Assembly (NCBI GenBank): GCA_001655205.1
Contig: LPNZ01008646.1
Coordinates: 1 to 38,578 of the forward strand
Direction: 5' to 3'
DNA from: Lenisia limosa
Taxonomy: Eukaryota > Protista > Breviatea
DNA: 38,578 nucleotides
Position numbers and translations under genes: made by a program. Numbering within the stretch: the first letter of the stretch is position 1; each line of letters opens with the position of its first letter. Below are positions 1-11,165 of the stretch, one piece after another. The notes under the pieces were generated by a model. It worked only from the letters and a program-made list of their open reading frames with translations. It ran no database searches and was not told where the DNA came from.

Positions 1-104
1 AACGGCCGCATATATAATAATTGTCCTCATTTGAGTACAAATACAAATACAATCAGAAGTCAGAGCCATGTTTCAATCCTTGAAGAGAACCAGACACCCT
101 ACCA

Positions 105-1420
105 TCAGGAGCTATCAGCTTCCGAACACTAGGTTTCTTACGTGGCTTGGTTGCTGGCTTTACGGCCCCTTTAGAAGTCATAATGGCAAACATGAAACAT
201 TGAATAACACACACTAGCTACTTGTTCTCACCAGGGCAGTATACCCCCCATTAGCCCATCCCCACTCTTGGCAGTGGTCTCGGGTTTGACCTGTTTGGCC
301 TTGGCTGCCGCTTTGCTTGCTATGCTCTGTCCAACACTCTGAGCTGTCAGAAGTTGAAACCTAGTTAATTCAGAGAGAATGAGCCACACACCTGTTTGGC
401 TTGCTTCGCTTTCGGCTCACTGACTGGTGTGAGGCTCTGTCTCTTCATCTAAGGCGTTAAAGGAAAAATGAACCATTGTAGAAGAACAGCAAACAATCAA
501 AAAACGATATGAATTGACTGAATAAACCACTATATTGACTGAATAAACCACAGACCTGAAATAAAAAAAAGGAAGAATAATATGATATCAGTATCACATT
601 TTAATTCGTATACATTTTTCTACCGTCCCACCTGAGGAGGCAGCGCAGCATTGAGTGAAACCTGAGTGAGGGGTATCCGCGGGGCCAGGCCCTCAGAAAC
701 CGTATCAACAGGCTTAACTTGCACTGCAGCACTTCTTATGGGACCCTGGGGGGGGGGGTTAAAGCAGTTCTTGTTCTTGACAAATCAGATATGGTTGTAT
801 TATCTCTTGTGCAATTTTGTTGAGGAAATGAATTGACAAAATTTGAAATTAAATTGTCTGGAATAGGGTTCTCGTTACACTATGTCCGACTTCAAATTTT
901 GAAATTTATTCTCCAATTAATTGCACGGAGCCCTTGTCTTTGTCTCTTTTGTGCGGGAAGGACATGAAGGCAGAACGTACCTTTTGTGAAAAGGCCAATT
1001 TCCTAGCTTTCGGTGCAGGTGCAGAGACCACCACTTCGGCACTTTTAGAGTCCTATAGTGTTATAGACATATTACCTCATTTCATTAGAACACCAGAAGA
1101 AATGTTGTAGTTTACTGTGTATCGTAACAAACAATCGATATAAATATGAGGTTTGGATAAAACAATCACTAGGGCTTCACTTCGGTTCAAAAAAAGACGG
1201 AATTTCCCCGATAAATCCTCGAAAACTATCGATATTTCATCGGTCTTTTTTGAACCGAATTGTAGCCCATTCATTTCATCATTAAACTCTCGTAAAAACC
1301 TCACTAAACAAGTCTCACCTTAGACATGTTGTCAGGAACATCAGGAGCACTCTTTTTCCTTGACCCTCTTGGGGCCCTTTGCTTGGTGGCTCCTTTCTTC
1401 CGTTTTGAGGGCGGCTCCAT
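105..1420 (-). CDS. Hypothetical Lys/Pro/Ala-rich basic protein, multi-exon; 3' end may run off the window
   Basis: Exon 1 (1420-1319) reads MEPPSKRKKGATKQRAPRGSRKKSAPDVPDNMSK and ends at a GTGAG donor. Further AG/GT-bounded segments read DSKSAEVVVSAPAPKARKLAFSQK, GPIRSAAVQVKPVDTVSEG, MKRQSLTPVSEPKAKQAKQ and AVKPATKPRKKPSVRK. No domain recognised and some exon phases are unresolved. Confidence 0.5.
1170..1270. mobile_element. MITE copy (GGGCTTCACTTCGGTTC-type TIR family), intronic
   Basis: Imperfect terminal inverted repeats gggcttcacttcggttcaaaaaaagacgg / tcggtcttttttgaaccgaattgtagccc, preceded by TA. The internal core cgataaatcctcgaaaactatcgatatt is shared with copies at 25519 and 25763. 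Confidence 0.75.
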
Positions 1421-1603
1421 GGGATCTGAGGGCCCTTGGGGGTGAAAAAGAGTTGCTACAAGTGCTACAAGTTGAGATATCGTAAGAATTACTATAAACA
1501 CCAAGCTTTGTATCTTTAAAGAGTTCTGGAAAAAACACTTTTTGAAAGTCACCAACAAGTGACAACGCGTCCATGTATTATTCAATGCACTTTTAAGCCC
1601 ACA

Positions 1604-4600
1604 TCACCCACCATCACCGGGTGTGTCACTCGTCTTTCTCTCGCTACTCGGGGGACACATCTTCCACGTCACCAGTGTATGGCCCGACCCGGTGAGAACT
1701 GTCGTGCCGTCATGGGGCGAAAAGAGGTTCAACTAAGGACGCGGTGAGAAATGGACATGTCTGTGTTAACCCATCCACAAGTGATATGATCATATGACCG
1801 ACTTTCAAGTCGAAATGATATTCATCTTGAATCTAATGTCATGATGTGAAGAACAGAAGGCTCATCGACTGGTGCTACCTACAGGGGAGAGGGTTTTGAC
1901 CTTGACATCGGAGAGGGTAACACAGGCCGGCAGCGGTGACAGCTCCGTCGTGGCAATCTTCCGAATCTGTCCTCCTTCCGGGAACTTTGGTGTCAAAATA
2001 ACGGGGGGAAGCTCGACAACAACATATTGGAAATCAGCTGTAACACCCTCACGTTTTCAAGGATATCAGTGAATTGGAATCCAGGGGTTGAAGCTTGGGA
2101 CAGATTGAAGATGTCCTAAAAGGGCATGTCAGAAAAGCGAAAAGCAGTACTTCTTTTGATATTATGATATTGCTTCAACTACTTGAAAAATGCTAGAAGT
2201 AGCGTGTTCATAATATTCATACTTAGCTGGTGATGAAATCCTACAACACTTACAATAAACGGTAGCATATTCTTGTCTACTCCTTGTAATCCTCGCGACC
2301 TGATATGTCACCATTGAATATTAACAATAGCCAGAGAGGTTTACCATGATGGCTCCAAGTGAATCCCTCCACCCAACCTATATCGTCCAACAATGAAAAG
2401 GTCTTCGCTCCAAGGGTGCCATGTTGCTTTGAAGGGTGTAAGGTACTGGTAAAACTGCAGTGTAAGGTCTTGCGTATGCTGGGGAGGCACGCAGAAAGCT
2501 GTGTACACAGTTGTAAGGCAAATGAGTGGGTGAATTAATATGATACTATTATATCCAATATCTCTTANNNNNNNNNNNNNNNNNNNNNNNNNNNNNNNNN
2601 ATATATATAATCATTGCAACTTAAAAACCTGGTTCCGCATACGTTATGGGGGTGCTTGAAGGCAACACTTGCTTGGCTAGAAGGGGAGATAATGCGAATA
2701 GTACCGTCGTGACTGGTTGTCAGCAGGCGACTGCCGGTCAGAGGACTGTAATACGCTGCAACGTATTAGAAACATGTAGTACGCTGCAACGTATTAGAAA
2801 CAAAGATATTGCACAGTCTACCTAAGTATATGGTATCGAAATAAATAGAATGATATTATTACGAGCATCAAATCCATCTTTAGATGTAGGAAGCGATCTG
2901 AGAACACGCCCTCATACCAGAGCTGACGACCCCGTCATGGGCAAACTCCTGTACCGGACTCGGCACTGAGAGCGGCGACTTCAGCTTACGAATGTCCCAA
3001 ATCTGAACGTCAGACCACGGGATAGGTCATGTCGACTCTATTCTATGATATTTGATATATGACATGCATATATACAGTGGCCCCCATTCCGCCCACTTTG
3101 ACGAGATAGTCGTTGCCGGAAGTGGCAAACTCGAAGCCATAAGGATGTACATCGATACCTTGAATACGTTTGTTCTGATGGAGTCAAATAGAACGTCCGT
3201 TTCAATACTATATAGCTATATATAATATACTAAGTGTACTCATTCCTCATTATTGATGAAGTGAAATGGAACGGGAAGTAGGATGTGAGAAAATCTCCTT
3301 TCTCTGACACAAGAGATTATGTCGAGGTATTTGCCTTCATGGAGTAGACACGTCCAATAGTCCCACCTTTTTATGTAATTGCAGACGATCCACAATACCA
3401 GCCCGTTTGTCGTAGGTATACACTCGTCCTTGAGTTGTCCCTAAGGGGTGAAATGGGCTGATCTCATAATTCCTAAGGTGATAGACAAACAACACCTGGT
3501 CCATTCACAGCCATACCTGCGAGAACCGAGCCAGCTAGTGGGCCTTGACGGGCAGCGGCGACACTGCAGAACCATTGCGAAAAGGTGTGATCAAATACTA
3601 AAAGGAAAATAAGATTAGTGCCTCATTAGGCCTTTCAAATCGACAACAAGACCCCCCCCCCCACAATCGACAGCCGATTCGGATGCTTGAAGGTTCAGGT
3701 CATGGATCTTGAGACTCCCATCTCCGGCTATTTGGTGAGATATTAAACGCTCCTATTTTGGGCATAATATGAATACAATATTGCGAAGCTTATAAAGCAC
3801 CAATTCACAGAACGATATATGCCCTGGAGCTGTTCTTCTTGGAGGCACTCAGTACATTCCGCTTACAAGCCGTGGCACAATGAGCAGAGTACTCTAGGAA
3901 CGCTATGCCGTGGATCGCGTCCCAATGAGGCCGATAAATCTGAATAGTAATGAGCTCATGGATTCTTGGACCAGTAAAAGAAGTTCAGGAGGAGCCTTTG
4001 TTATCCTACTATTTATTGAGCATCACAACATTTGAATGAATTGAATTGAGATTGTACTAACAGTCAGAACTCACATTTAGTGCGTTCAGCTCCCCAGGGT
4101 TCTTGTCAAAATCCCTAAAACTGTCAATGATATGATCAAAGCGCTGCAAATTCCAGCCCTCCAACCAGATGCCAATATGGCCATTTTTGATACCACAAAC
4201 GGCCTTGGAAGGTAATGTAGGATGCCACTACATGGTAAACAAAAGGAGAGGGGCTGTCATGATGGGGGTGTTTTCAGGAGAACATATTTTGACTATTCAA
4301 GATTACCGAGTCCACAGATCAAGAGCGTTTCGGTGTCTGAAATTGCCTTATAAAATACATGGACAACCACCCTTACACACCGCCATGGCCGTGATTCTTC
4401 GCGTCTCAATTCGTGCCACTTTGTCGGCGAAGACAGCCTCGTTCGCACGTGCCATGATCATGTTGCTGACCTGTAATGGGTCAATAAATGATGTGTGGAT
4501 TAATTCCGGAATCGATTGGAATTGAGCATTGGAGAAATGAGTAGCAGGGCACGGCCTGTTATCGATAACCTTGACCAAAGACAAACCAATATATGTTCAA

Positions 4601-4900
4601 ACAGCATACCAGAGTACTTCGTCCAGCGTCAACCCCCGAAGAATTGGCATAGTACCTGGACACATAACTTGTAGGATAACATTTAAGCGGTTTATTGAAA
4701 ACAGACAGCCTGAAACTCATTACATCCCATCCATCGCAAGTTATTATCATCCCAAAAAGCCTAATCTCATCGTACTAACAACCTAAACACTATCACAAGA
4801 ACGCGGCCTCCCATGCACGTAAAGCGGCCTACTGTCTAGATGGCCGGAGAGGCGAGCGCCATGACGGGATTTGACCGAGATATTCCCGGCTCTGCAGGAC
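1604..4900 (-). CDS. DDB2: DDB2-like WD40 protein (UV-damaged DNA-binding protein 2 homolog); start codon not resolved
   Basis: Spliced exons give RRITAMA|WHPTLPSKAVCGIKNGHIGIW, GRVYTYDKRAGIVDRLQLHKK|NKRIQGIDVHPYGFEFATSGNDYLVK|IWDIRKLK, SRLLTTSHDGTIRII, HPHN|FYQYLTPFKATWHPWSEDLFIVGRY and LNLFSPHDGTTVLTGSGHTLVTWK. These parallel the DDB2 motifs RRATSLAWHPTHPS, MHKKKV, HPHRHFQHLTPIKAAWHP and LNEFNPMGD. TGA at 1604-1606. Confidence 0.8.
2474..2541. repeat. Dispersed intronic repeat A (hairpin GCACGCAG-AAAG-CTGTGT[A/G]C), copy 1
   Basis: Near-identical ~68 bp to 25198-25267: gtatgctggggaggcacgcagaaagctgtgt..cag..ttgt.aggcaaatga..gggtgaattaatat. Confidence 0.8.
2752..2801. repeat. Two-copy tandem duplication (period 28) beside a DDB2 3' splice site
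   Basis: tacgctgcaacgtattagaaac occurs at 2752 and 2780. Confidence 0.85.
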
Positions 4901-5867
4901 AATGGGGTTGGGGAAGGGGGACAATATTGAGGTTTGAGCTGAGAAGAAAGGTAGCCTTGGCTGGAGGTTAGAGGGATCTTCCATCATTGTGGTTAATGCA
5001 TGTTGCTTCTTGCTGAGTTGATTCAGCTTTCGCTCTCTCTTGTTTTTTGCTTGTTGTGTTTTGCGAGTGTGGTGTGATCGATCAGTGTTTTCGTTTGTTT
5101 ACATCCAAGCACATCCAAGCATCCAAGCATTTGGCAAAAAAGGAAACTTTATATAAATGTAACAAATGTAATAAATGTAACAAAAGATGATGTTTGATTT
5201 GGCACCCTAGGGGTGTATAATGGGGGAGGTTTAATTTTGGTTCTCATTTTGGTGAACGTGCTATCAAGGGGGGGGGAACTCCATAGAAACATGGCTCCTC
5301 CAAGCAATCACGGCGGATCGCGGATCGCTATGGAACGTGGATAAGTGCTGACGTCATGACGTTATGTGATGAATTTATGGTGTGGTACAATATCGTTATA
5401 TCTGGGGGTCTGGGCAGTCTGGGCTACCAAACCACCCATGGCGGATCGCGGNNNNNNNNNNNNNNNNNNNNNNNNNNNNNNNNNNNNNNNNNNNNNNNNN
5501 NNNNNNNNNNNNNNNNNNNNNNNNNNNNNNNNNNNNNNNNNGACACGTATTAAAGACGGCGGTTAACAGACTATCAAAACAATTGATGAACTCTTCAAAA
5601 GACCTTGTGAAACTGTACATTTTCTCAACAAATAAGAAATGGGTATCTTAACCCGTCACTCTAGCATTTTCTTCCCTCTTCCGAATATGATCATGATCAT
5701 TGGTCTGGATGGTTAGTTTTTGAGATATTAGCACCTCCCCCCCCCCCCAGTTNNNNNNNNNNNNNNNNNNNNNNNNNNNNNNNNNNNNNNNNNNNNNNNN
5801 NNNNNNNNNNNNNNNNNNNNNNNNNNNNNNNNNNNNNNNNNNNNNNNNNNNNNNNNNNNNNNNNNNN

Positions 5868-8800
5868 CGTGGGGTAGGACAGAATGGCGTCAGAAATGGT
5901 CTTGCGCGAGGCTGACAGGTTGTACTATAATCGGTAAATAAGAAAACAGCGAACTGCAAGAATTCGAGTATTTATGCTTGCTAAATGGTACAGATCATGA
6001 TCTGAGGAAGCAATTGCGCCTCAAACCTTGATGTAGTTTGCTGGTAACTTTTTATTCTGAAATGTCAAGAACGGCAAATAAACGAAATGTAAACAATAGG
6101 TTGAATTGTTGCTGATAAACAGTTTATGTTTATATTGGGCACATTTAAAGATGTTCTCAGGTTTAAATGTACTCCTCCATGAACCCATCTTGCTTGAGAT
6201 TTTCCGTGCCTACCCTGCCTGAACGTGCTGACAGGAGCTCCAAAGCAACCAACGAGCCGAATGCCTGGATAGACGTGAGGGGAATACGAAACAAACAACG
6301 CCAATACCCGAACTTATTGTCGGAAAATAAAAGCCAAGAGTTTGCTCCATAGCTTGCATGCATCTGGGGCTAAGGTTTGTACTTCACCACCCCATTATAA
6401 CCTCAATTTACTATCCCTGACAACCTTCAAAGCAATGTCTCGGGAAAACGAGCCGATAGTGGAGCCTCTCCCAACTCCCGAAGCAAAAGCCGAATACTCC
6501 ACAAATGCCATCTAATCGTGATGAGTGGAACATAATACTGAAATGGGATATGACAAATTAAAGTTTTCATCAGAGTTACGTTACTATGTTGATGATATTC
6601 ATTTTACCCTGATTTCCTTCATCCAATAGTATACTATGGTATCATATACTATTACCCCCAAGAAACAAGGTAACTGACCTCGAAATTGAAGGATTCAACG
6701 TCCTTGTTGATGAGGCGAGTTGAAGCAACCAAAAGCGCCAATTCAAGAACAGACAGGCCTAGAGGGGGGGGGGNNNNNNNNNNNNNNNNNNNNNNNNNNN
6801 NNNNNNNNNNNNNNNNNNNNNNNNNNNNNNNNNNNNNNNNNNNNNNNNNNNNNNNNNNNNNNNNNNNNNNNNNNNNNNNTTTTTCACGCCTTTCCCTCCC
6901 CTTTTACAGTTGATTGACTGTGTGATGGTATCTGCAAACGTGACGCTGATGCCAGCAACTATGTGTCCAATTTGCAAGACCGGGCTTGTTGGTGATAACT
7001 TCGAAATGGCCACATCCTTAAGCAGTCAAAACCATCTAAGAAATCGACATTTATTCTCCCATTTAGCATCTCATAAATATCTTCTCCATTTAGCATTTCA
7101 ATATATTAATCATGTTACGTACTACAAGTATCATATATGATGATATGAATATTACAACGTTTCTCCCCACCATGATATCGATGAATGTTCTGAATGTGTT
7201 GGCCCGGTCAAAAACGGTCTGCAGTCTGCGTCGTGTAGGCAAATCTCCCATCATTTCCTTGTAGATTATGATGTGTGTGTGTGGGGTAGGGGGGATAAGA
7301 ATATAAACATCAAGATCAAGGGCGTATTTGAGAAATCCTGCTAACTAAAAAAGGTCAAAGAATCAGAGCAGGAGTTTGTACATATCGATAAACAGTTGAG
7401 CTAACAGGACCAGAGTTAACTCCTCTCACAGTCACACTCTTGCTGTAAGCCTCGAGGAGAGAGGACCCTTTGACGGGCACTTGGAGAAGCGGCTCAAGGT
7501 CCAACCTACAATGTGTCAGATCTGAACTGTTTCTGCTACCAAATACAACCTTCCCCCTTCTGGTTTGGCAAAATACAAACACAAAGGGAATCTAGAACTT
7601 TTGCAACTGTTTCTGATGCAATACGCCTTGAATTTCGGATCAGACATGACATAATCTAAGAACTCACATTAGCTCCGAAAGGGTCGCATGAGGCTCAAAG
7701 AAGAACTCTCGGGGTGAGAAGCGCGAACGCACTCGTTTCTCTAACATTTCTAAGACATTCTAGGGAATTAGAGTCGAAAGTAGAAGTGCATTAAAAAATT
7801 GCTGTCGGATACTTTAAAAAAACTAAAACGAAAATAGAGGACATGTGTTATAAATTATCTCACCAATTTGGCAGAAATAGCAATAATGACAGCTTTGGCC
7901 TGGGAGGAGTGCAAAATATCAAAGAGATTGTAGAGAACATTCTGGTTTGTGTGGAGCGCAAATTGTTCGAAAGATTCAATTGTGAATACTCTGGAGGAGT
8001 TGTGTGAGTGATAAATGATAATTGATACAATAACAGGAGAGATGGTGCCTACACAGTGTCTGTGGAATGAAGTACCGATTTCAGAAGGCAGTTCAGGGCA
8101 TCAGCGAAACTGGTCTGAAGTGTCAATGATAGTGTTTTCACATTGTGTCTCGCATCCATCCAAAATAATTGGAAGACTACTACTATTTATCAAAGATATT
8201 ACTAATCCGCTATTCTGACATCTTTGAATACTGCACGCGACAATGTCAACAACAGCAAGAGAAGCTTACATATTTTTCACTGTTGTTAACCGAAAGTTGG
8301 TGTGCAATCGAACGGAGTGCAATCCTGCCCGTTGTCTACAGGGTCATCTTACTAAGCAATTGCAAGTAAACATAATACGCTAAATGGGAAATTCAAACGT
8401 ATTCATATTCAATCTATTCAAATAAATTGGATATCGATATAAACCGAACCAATGCAAAACCCTCAAACATCTCTGAGACCATCAAGTTGCACTACTTTTA
8501 GTTTCTTGGATTTTGTCACTGATTGGGCCTGTGAGGGTGACAGTTGGCCAGAATGAACAATGTCACTAGGACCATATTGGTTTTTCTTAGATGTAAGAGT
8601 ACACCTTATTAGAGTTTCATTGACTGCCAAAAGGAAGCTTACCTCATCAATAGCAGCAGCAACAGTGGCTGTTTTACCTGTTCCTGGAGCGCCTAAACAG
8701 AGAATACTGGCAACCTCACCGTGCTTGATAGCCCGGATTATTTGGTCTTTAATGTTCCTAAGGTATAAGAATCTACAAAACAACCATGGGAATCAAGCAG

Positions 8801-10192
8801 ACCCCCCACTCTCTTGTAGGTTTGAGGTGCTCTGATCGGGAGGCACCTGACACCAGGCTGCCTCTAACAAACGTCTGTAGACAGCGAACGCTGCTTGATC
8901 GATAAGCCGCCTGCTCAGCCTCATCAGTTATGCCTGAAGCCTGGAAACATAAACAGCAGCCAACATGATGAAAGAGTCCAGAGATAACTCATACCATAGA
9001 TGGTGTATGAGTCCAGAGATAACTCATACCATAGAGTATATATATCTAGATATATATATTACTTGGAAGATCAAGATAATGAGTTTATTGCAAAGCAAAA
9101 CTAAGCCGCCCACCTCTTCATCCATTTTCCGAGCCAGGTCAAGAGTGTCTTCTGAGGGGCGCGGGGTGGAGAGGGGACGGAATCCGACCTGTACTTTGGC
9201 CACAAACTCCATTGGTGCAATATTCTGAGTGGATTCTGGGGGAGTAAAATTGGAAAATTTAAAAACNNNNNNNNNNNNNNNNNNNNNNNNNNNNNNNNNN
9301 NNNNNNNNNNNNNNNNNNNNNNNNNNNNNNNNNNNNNNNNNNNNNNNNNNNNNNNNNNNNNNNNNNNNNNNNNNNNNNNNNNNNNNNNNNNNNNNNNNNN
9401 NNNNNNNNNNNNNNNNNNNNNNNNNNCGCATCGAAAACCACACTATCAACGAAGATGATCAAGGAGTATCATCTAATCCAAATTTGCCAGCCTACCAGCG
9501 TCGGGGTCAGAGTCTGGGTCACTATAGTCCTCATCAAACTCGTTATCAGGATACACCTGCACTGTGGGGCTTGGAGGGGCTTTGATGGTGGCTTGCTTTG
9601 AGGGTTTTGAGGGTGTTTTTGCCTGAGGTTTTGAGGGTGGTTTTGCAGGTACTTTGGCGGGTGGTTTTGCCTGTGCCTTCGAGGGAGTCTTTGTGGAAGG
9701 TTTTGGAAAGGCATGTGCTGGAAACTTCGCTGGAGGGATTTTGGGTTTGGGGGTCGATTTGACAGGGGTCTTTTTTGGAAGCGGACGTCTTGGCGAGACA
9801 ACAGTATTTGTCCTGTTCGTGGGAGGGGGTGGAGAGCTATCGATTTCATCAAAGTCATTGACGTTGCCAGCTGGTTGCGGCTTGGATGGCGGCGTGGTCT
9901 TCGTTGTTACCTTTGATGACTTTTTTGCAGGTGCTAAAACAGGCTTTTTCGAAGATGCTGGCTTTTTTGCAGGTGTTGAAACAGGCTTTTTCCAAGATGC
10001 TGGCTTTTTTGCAGGTGTTGAAACAGGCTTTTTTGCAGGTGCTGAAACAGGCTTTTTTGCAGGTGCTGAAACAGGCTTTTTTGCAGGTGTTGAAACAGGC
10101 TTTTTTGCAGGTGTTGAAACAGGCTTATTTGCAGGTAGCTTGTTTGCGGGAGTAGGAGGCTTCTTAGCCTTCTCCCTCGAACGAGTAGTCAT
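5868..10192 (-). CDS. ORC4: Origin recognition complex subunit 4 with long basic N-terminal extension; last exon lost in an assembly gap; start at 10192 or up to 10411
   Basis: Exons encode IIRAIKHGEVASILCLGAPGTGKTATV (Walker A, 8670-8693), FALHTNQNVLYNLFDILHSSQAKAVIIAISAKL, NVLEMLEKRVRSRFSPR, LGLSVLELALLVASTRLINKDVESFNFE, AFGSLVALELL and TISDAILSYPT. These match the ORC4 signatures HGESNSVLIIGPRGSGKT, NQTLLYNLFD, LEKRVKSRFSHR and LSVLEICLIIA. Upstream exons 10192-9496, 9235-9114, 8940-8810 and 8757-8643 are phase-compatible (1,0,2). Confidence 0.88.
8974..9035. repeat. Two-copy intronic tandem duplication (period 35) in ORC4
   Basis: gagtccagagataactcataccataga at 8974 and 9009. Confidence 0.85.
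9925..10135 (-). repeat. Coding minisatellite, ~24-bp unit encoding KPVS[TA]PAK
   Basis: Plus-strand unit aaacaggcttttttgcaggtg[t/c]tg is repeated about 7 times with variants and translates on the minus strand to seven PAKK motifs. Confidence 0.9.
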
Positions 10193-10472
10193 GACATTTT
10201 CCTCTTCTTGAGTCTTCAGAGCCCGTGTGCTGCTCCTTCGCACTTTCGTATCCAGATCAGGATACAACACTAGGCGCGGATCTCTATGGAATTTATGATG
10301 TTTCCTTTTGACGGAAGGAACTGCTGTTTTATCTAAATAATGAGGCAAAGGAATCAGTGCAGCTAAAAATACTGAGATTAATGTAATTCGAGTGTGATTA
10401 CAAAAAACCATAACAAAATGGACTTTTCATTGAGCACAATGTTGTTCAAACAGTGTTAAAAATCATCCAATG

Positions 10473-10516
10473 TTATATTTGGGTAATATATATATATATA
10501 TATTACCCAAATATAA
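10473..10516. other. 44-bp perfect palindrome with (TA)n centre in the divergent ORC4/repeat-gene intergenic region
   Basis: ttatatttgggtaata-(ta)n-tattacccaaatataa is self-complementary base for base. Confidence 0.85.
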
Positions 10517-11165
10517 AGTGAACATTTGAAATTAATTGTGAAACACTTAATGAAGAAACAAAAATAAAAAGAATGTTACTACTGACATTTGGGTCTCTGT
10601 ATTTTACAAATAACAAGATCAACAGTATTGAATTAACATGAATGCAAATCAAAAATAATTGTCATTAAACAATTTCTGTCCACAAAATTTAATAACTCCA
10701 ACAATCTCCACTCAAATCCATACTGGAATCAATTTTTAACGTGCAAACTTGATTTACAATAAACAGTCCTATGTTCACCCACCATTATTGGAATTAGAAG
10801 CATTCATTTTCTTCAAAAATAAGTAACTTCTTACAAATTAATCTTATTGTCTACTGGTTTCACAGGCTTCAGAGAGCTACAATTGCAGGAACTGAGATCA
10901 TTGAACAGAGAGAGAAAAAAACAATCTTGATGATCGCGGCTTCATTTCAGAGTATATGTAGAAGAAGAAAAATAAATCTATCTATGCATGTAGGAAGAGA
11001 GGGTTTTGTCCAGTGGTCCAGTGGCTGTCCAGTTTCCATCCAATTAATACAATTGCCTCCGGAGTATAAATCCAAATTCCCCTGACCCCGGGTATGCCCG
11101 GGTACTTTGAAAGTGTAAAAAAATAACACTGAAAAAACTGAAACAACATCTACTATACAATAATC

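Noticed and set aside
5349-5356. CRE-like TGACGTCA palindrome and repeated GCGGATCGCGG upstream of DDB2
   Set aside because: A single 8-mer with no mapped TSS and an adjacent gap. Not enough support to call a regulatory site.
8463-8783. ORC1/CDC6 call from GAPGTGKTATV
   Set aside because: The Walker A resembles ORC1, but the flanking HGE-x-S-hhh-G, NQNVLYNLFD, LEKRVRSRFS and LSVLEL motifs are ORC4-type.
9654-10211. Plus-strand ORFs (GFFAGVETG repeats; LQVLKQAF repeats)
   Set aside because: Antisense or alternative-frame shadows of the 24-bp coding minisatellite in ORC4.
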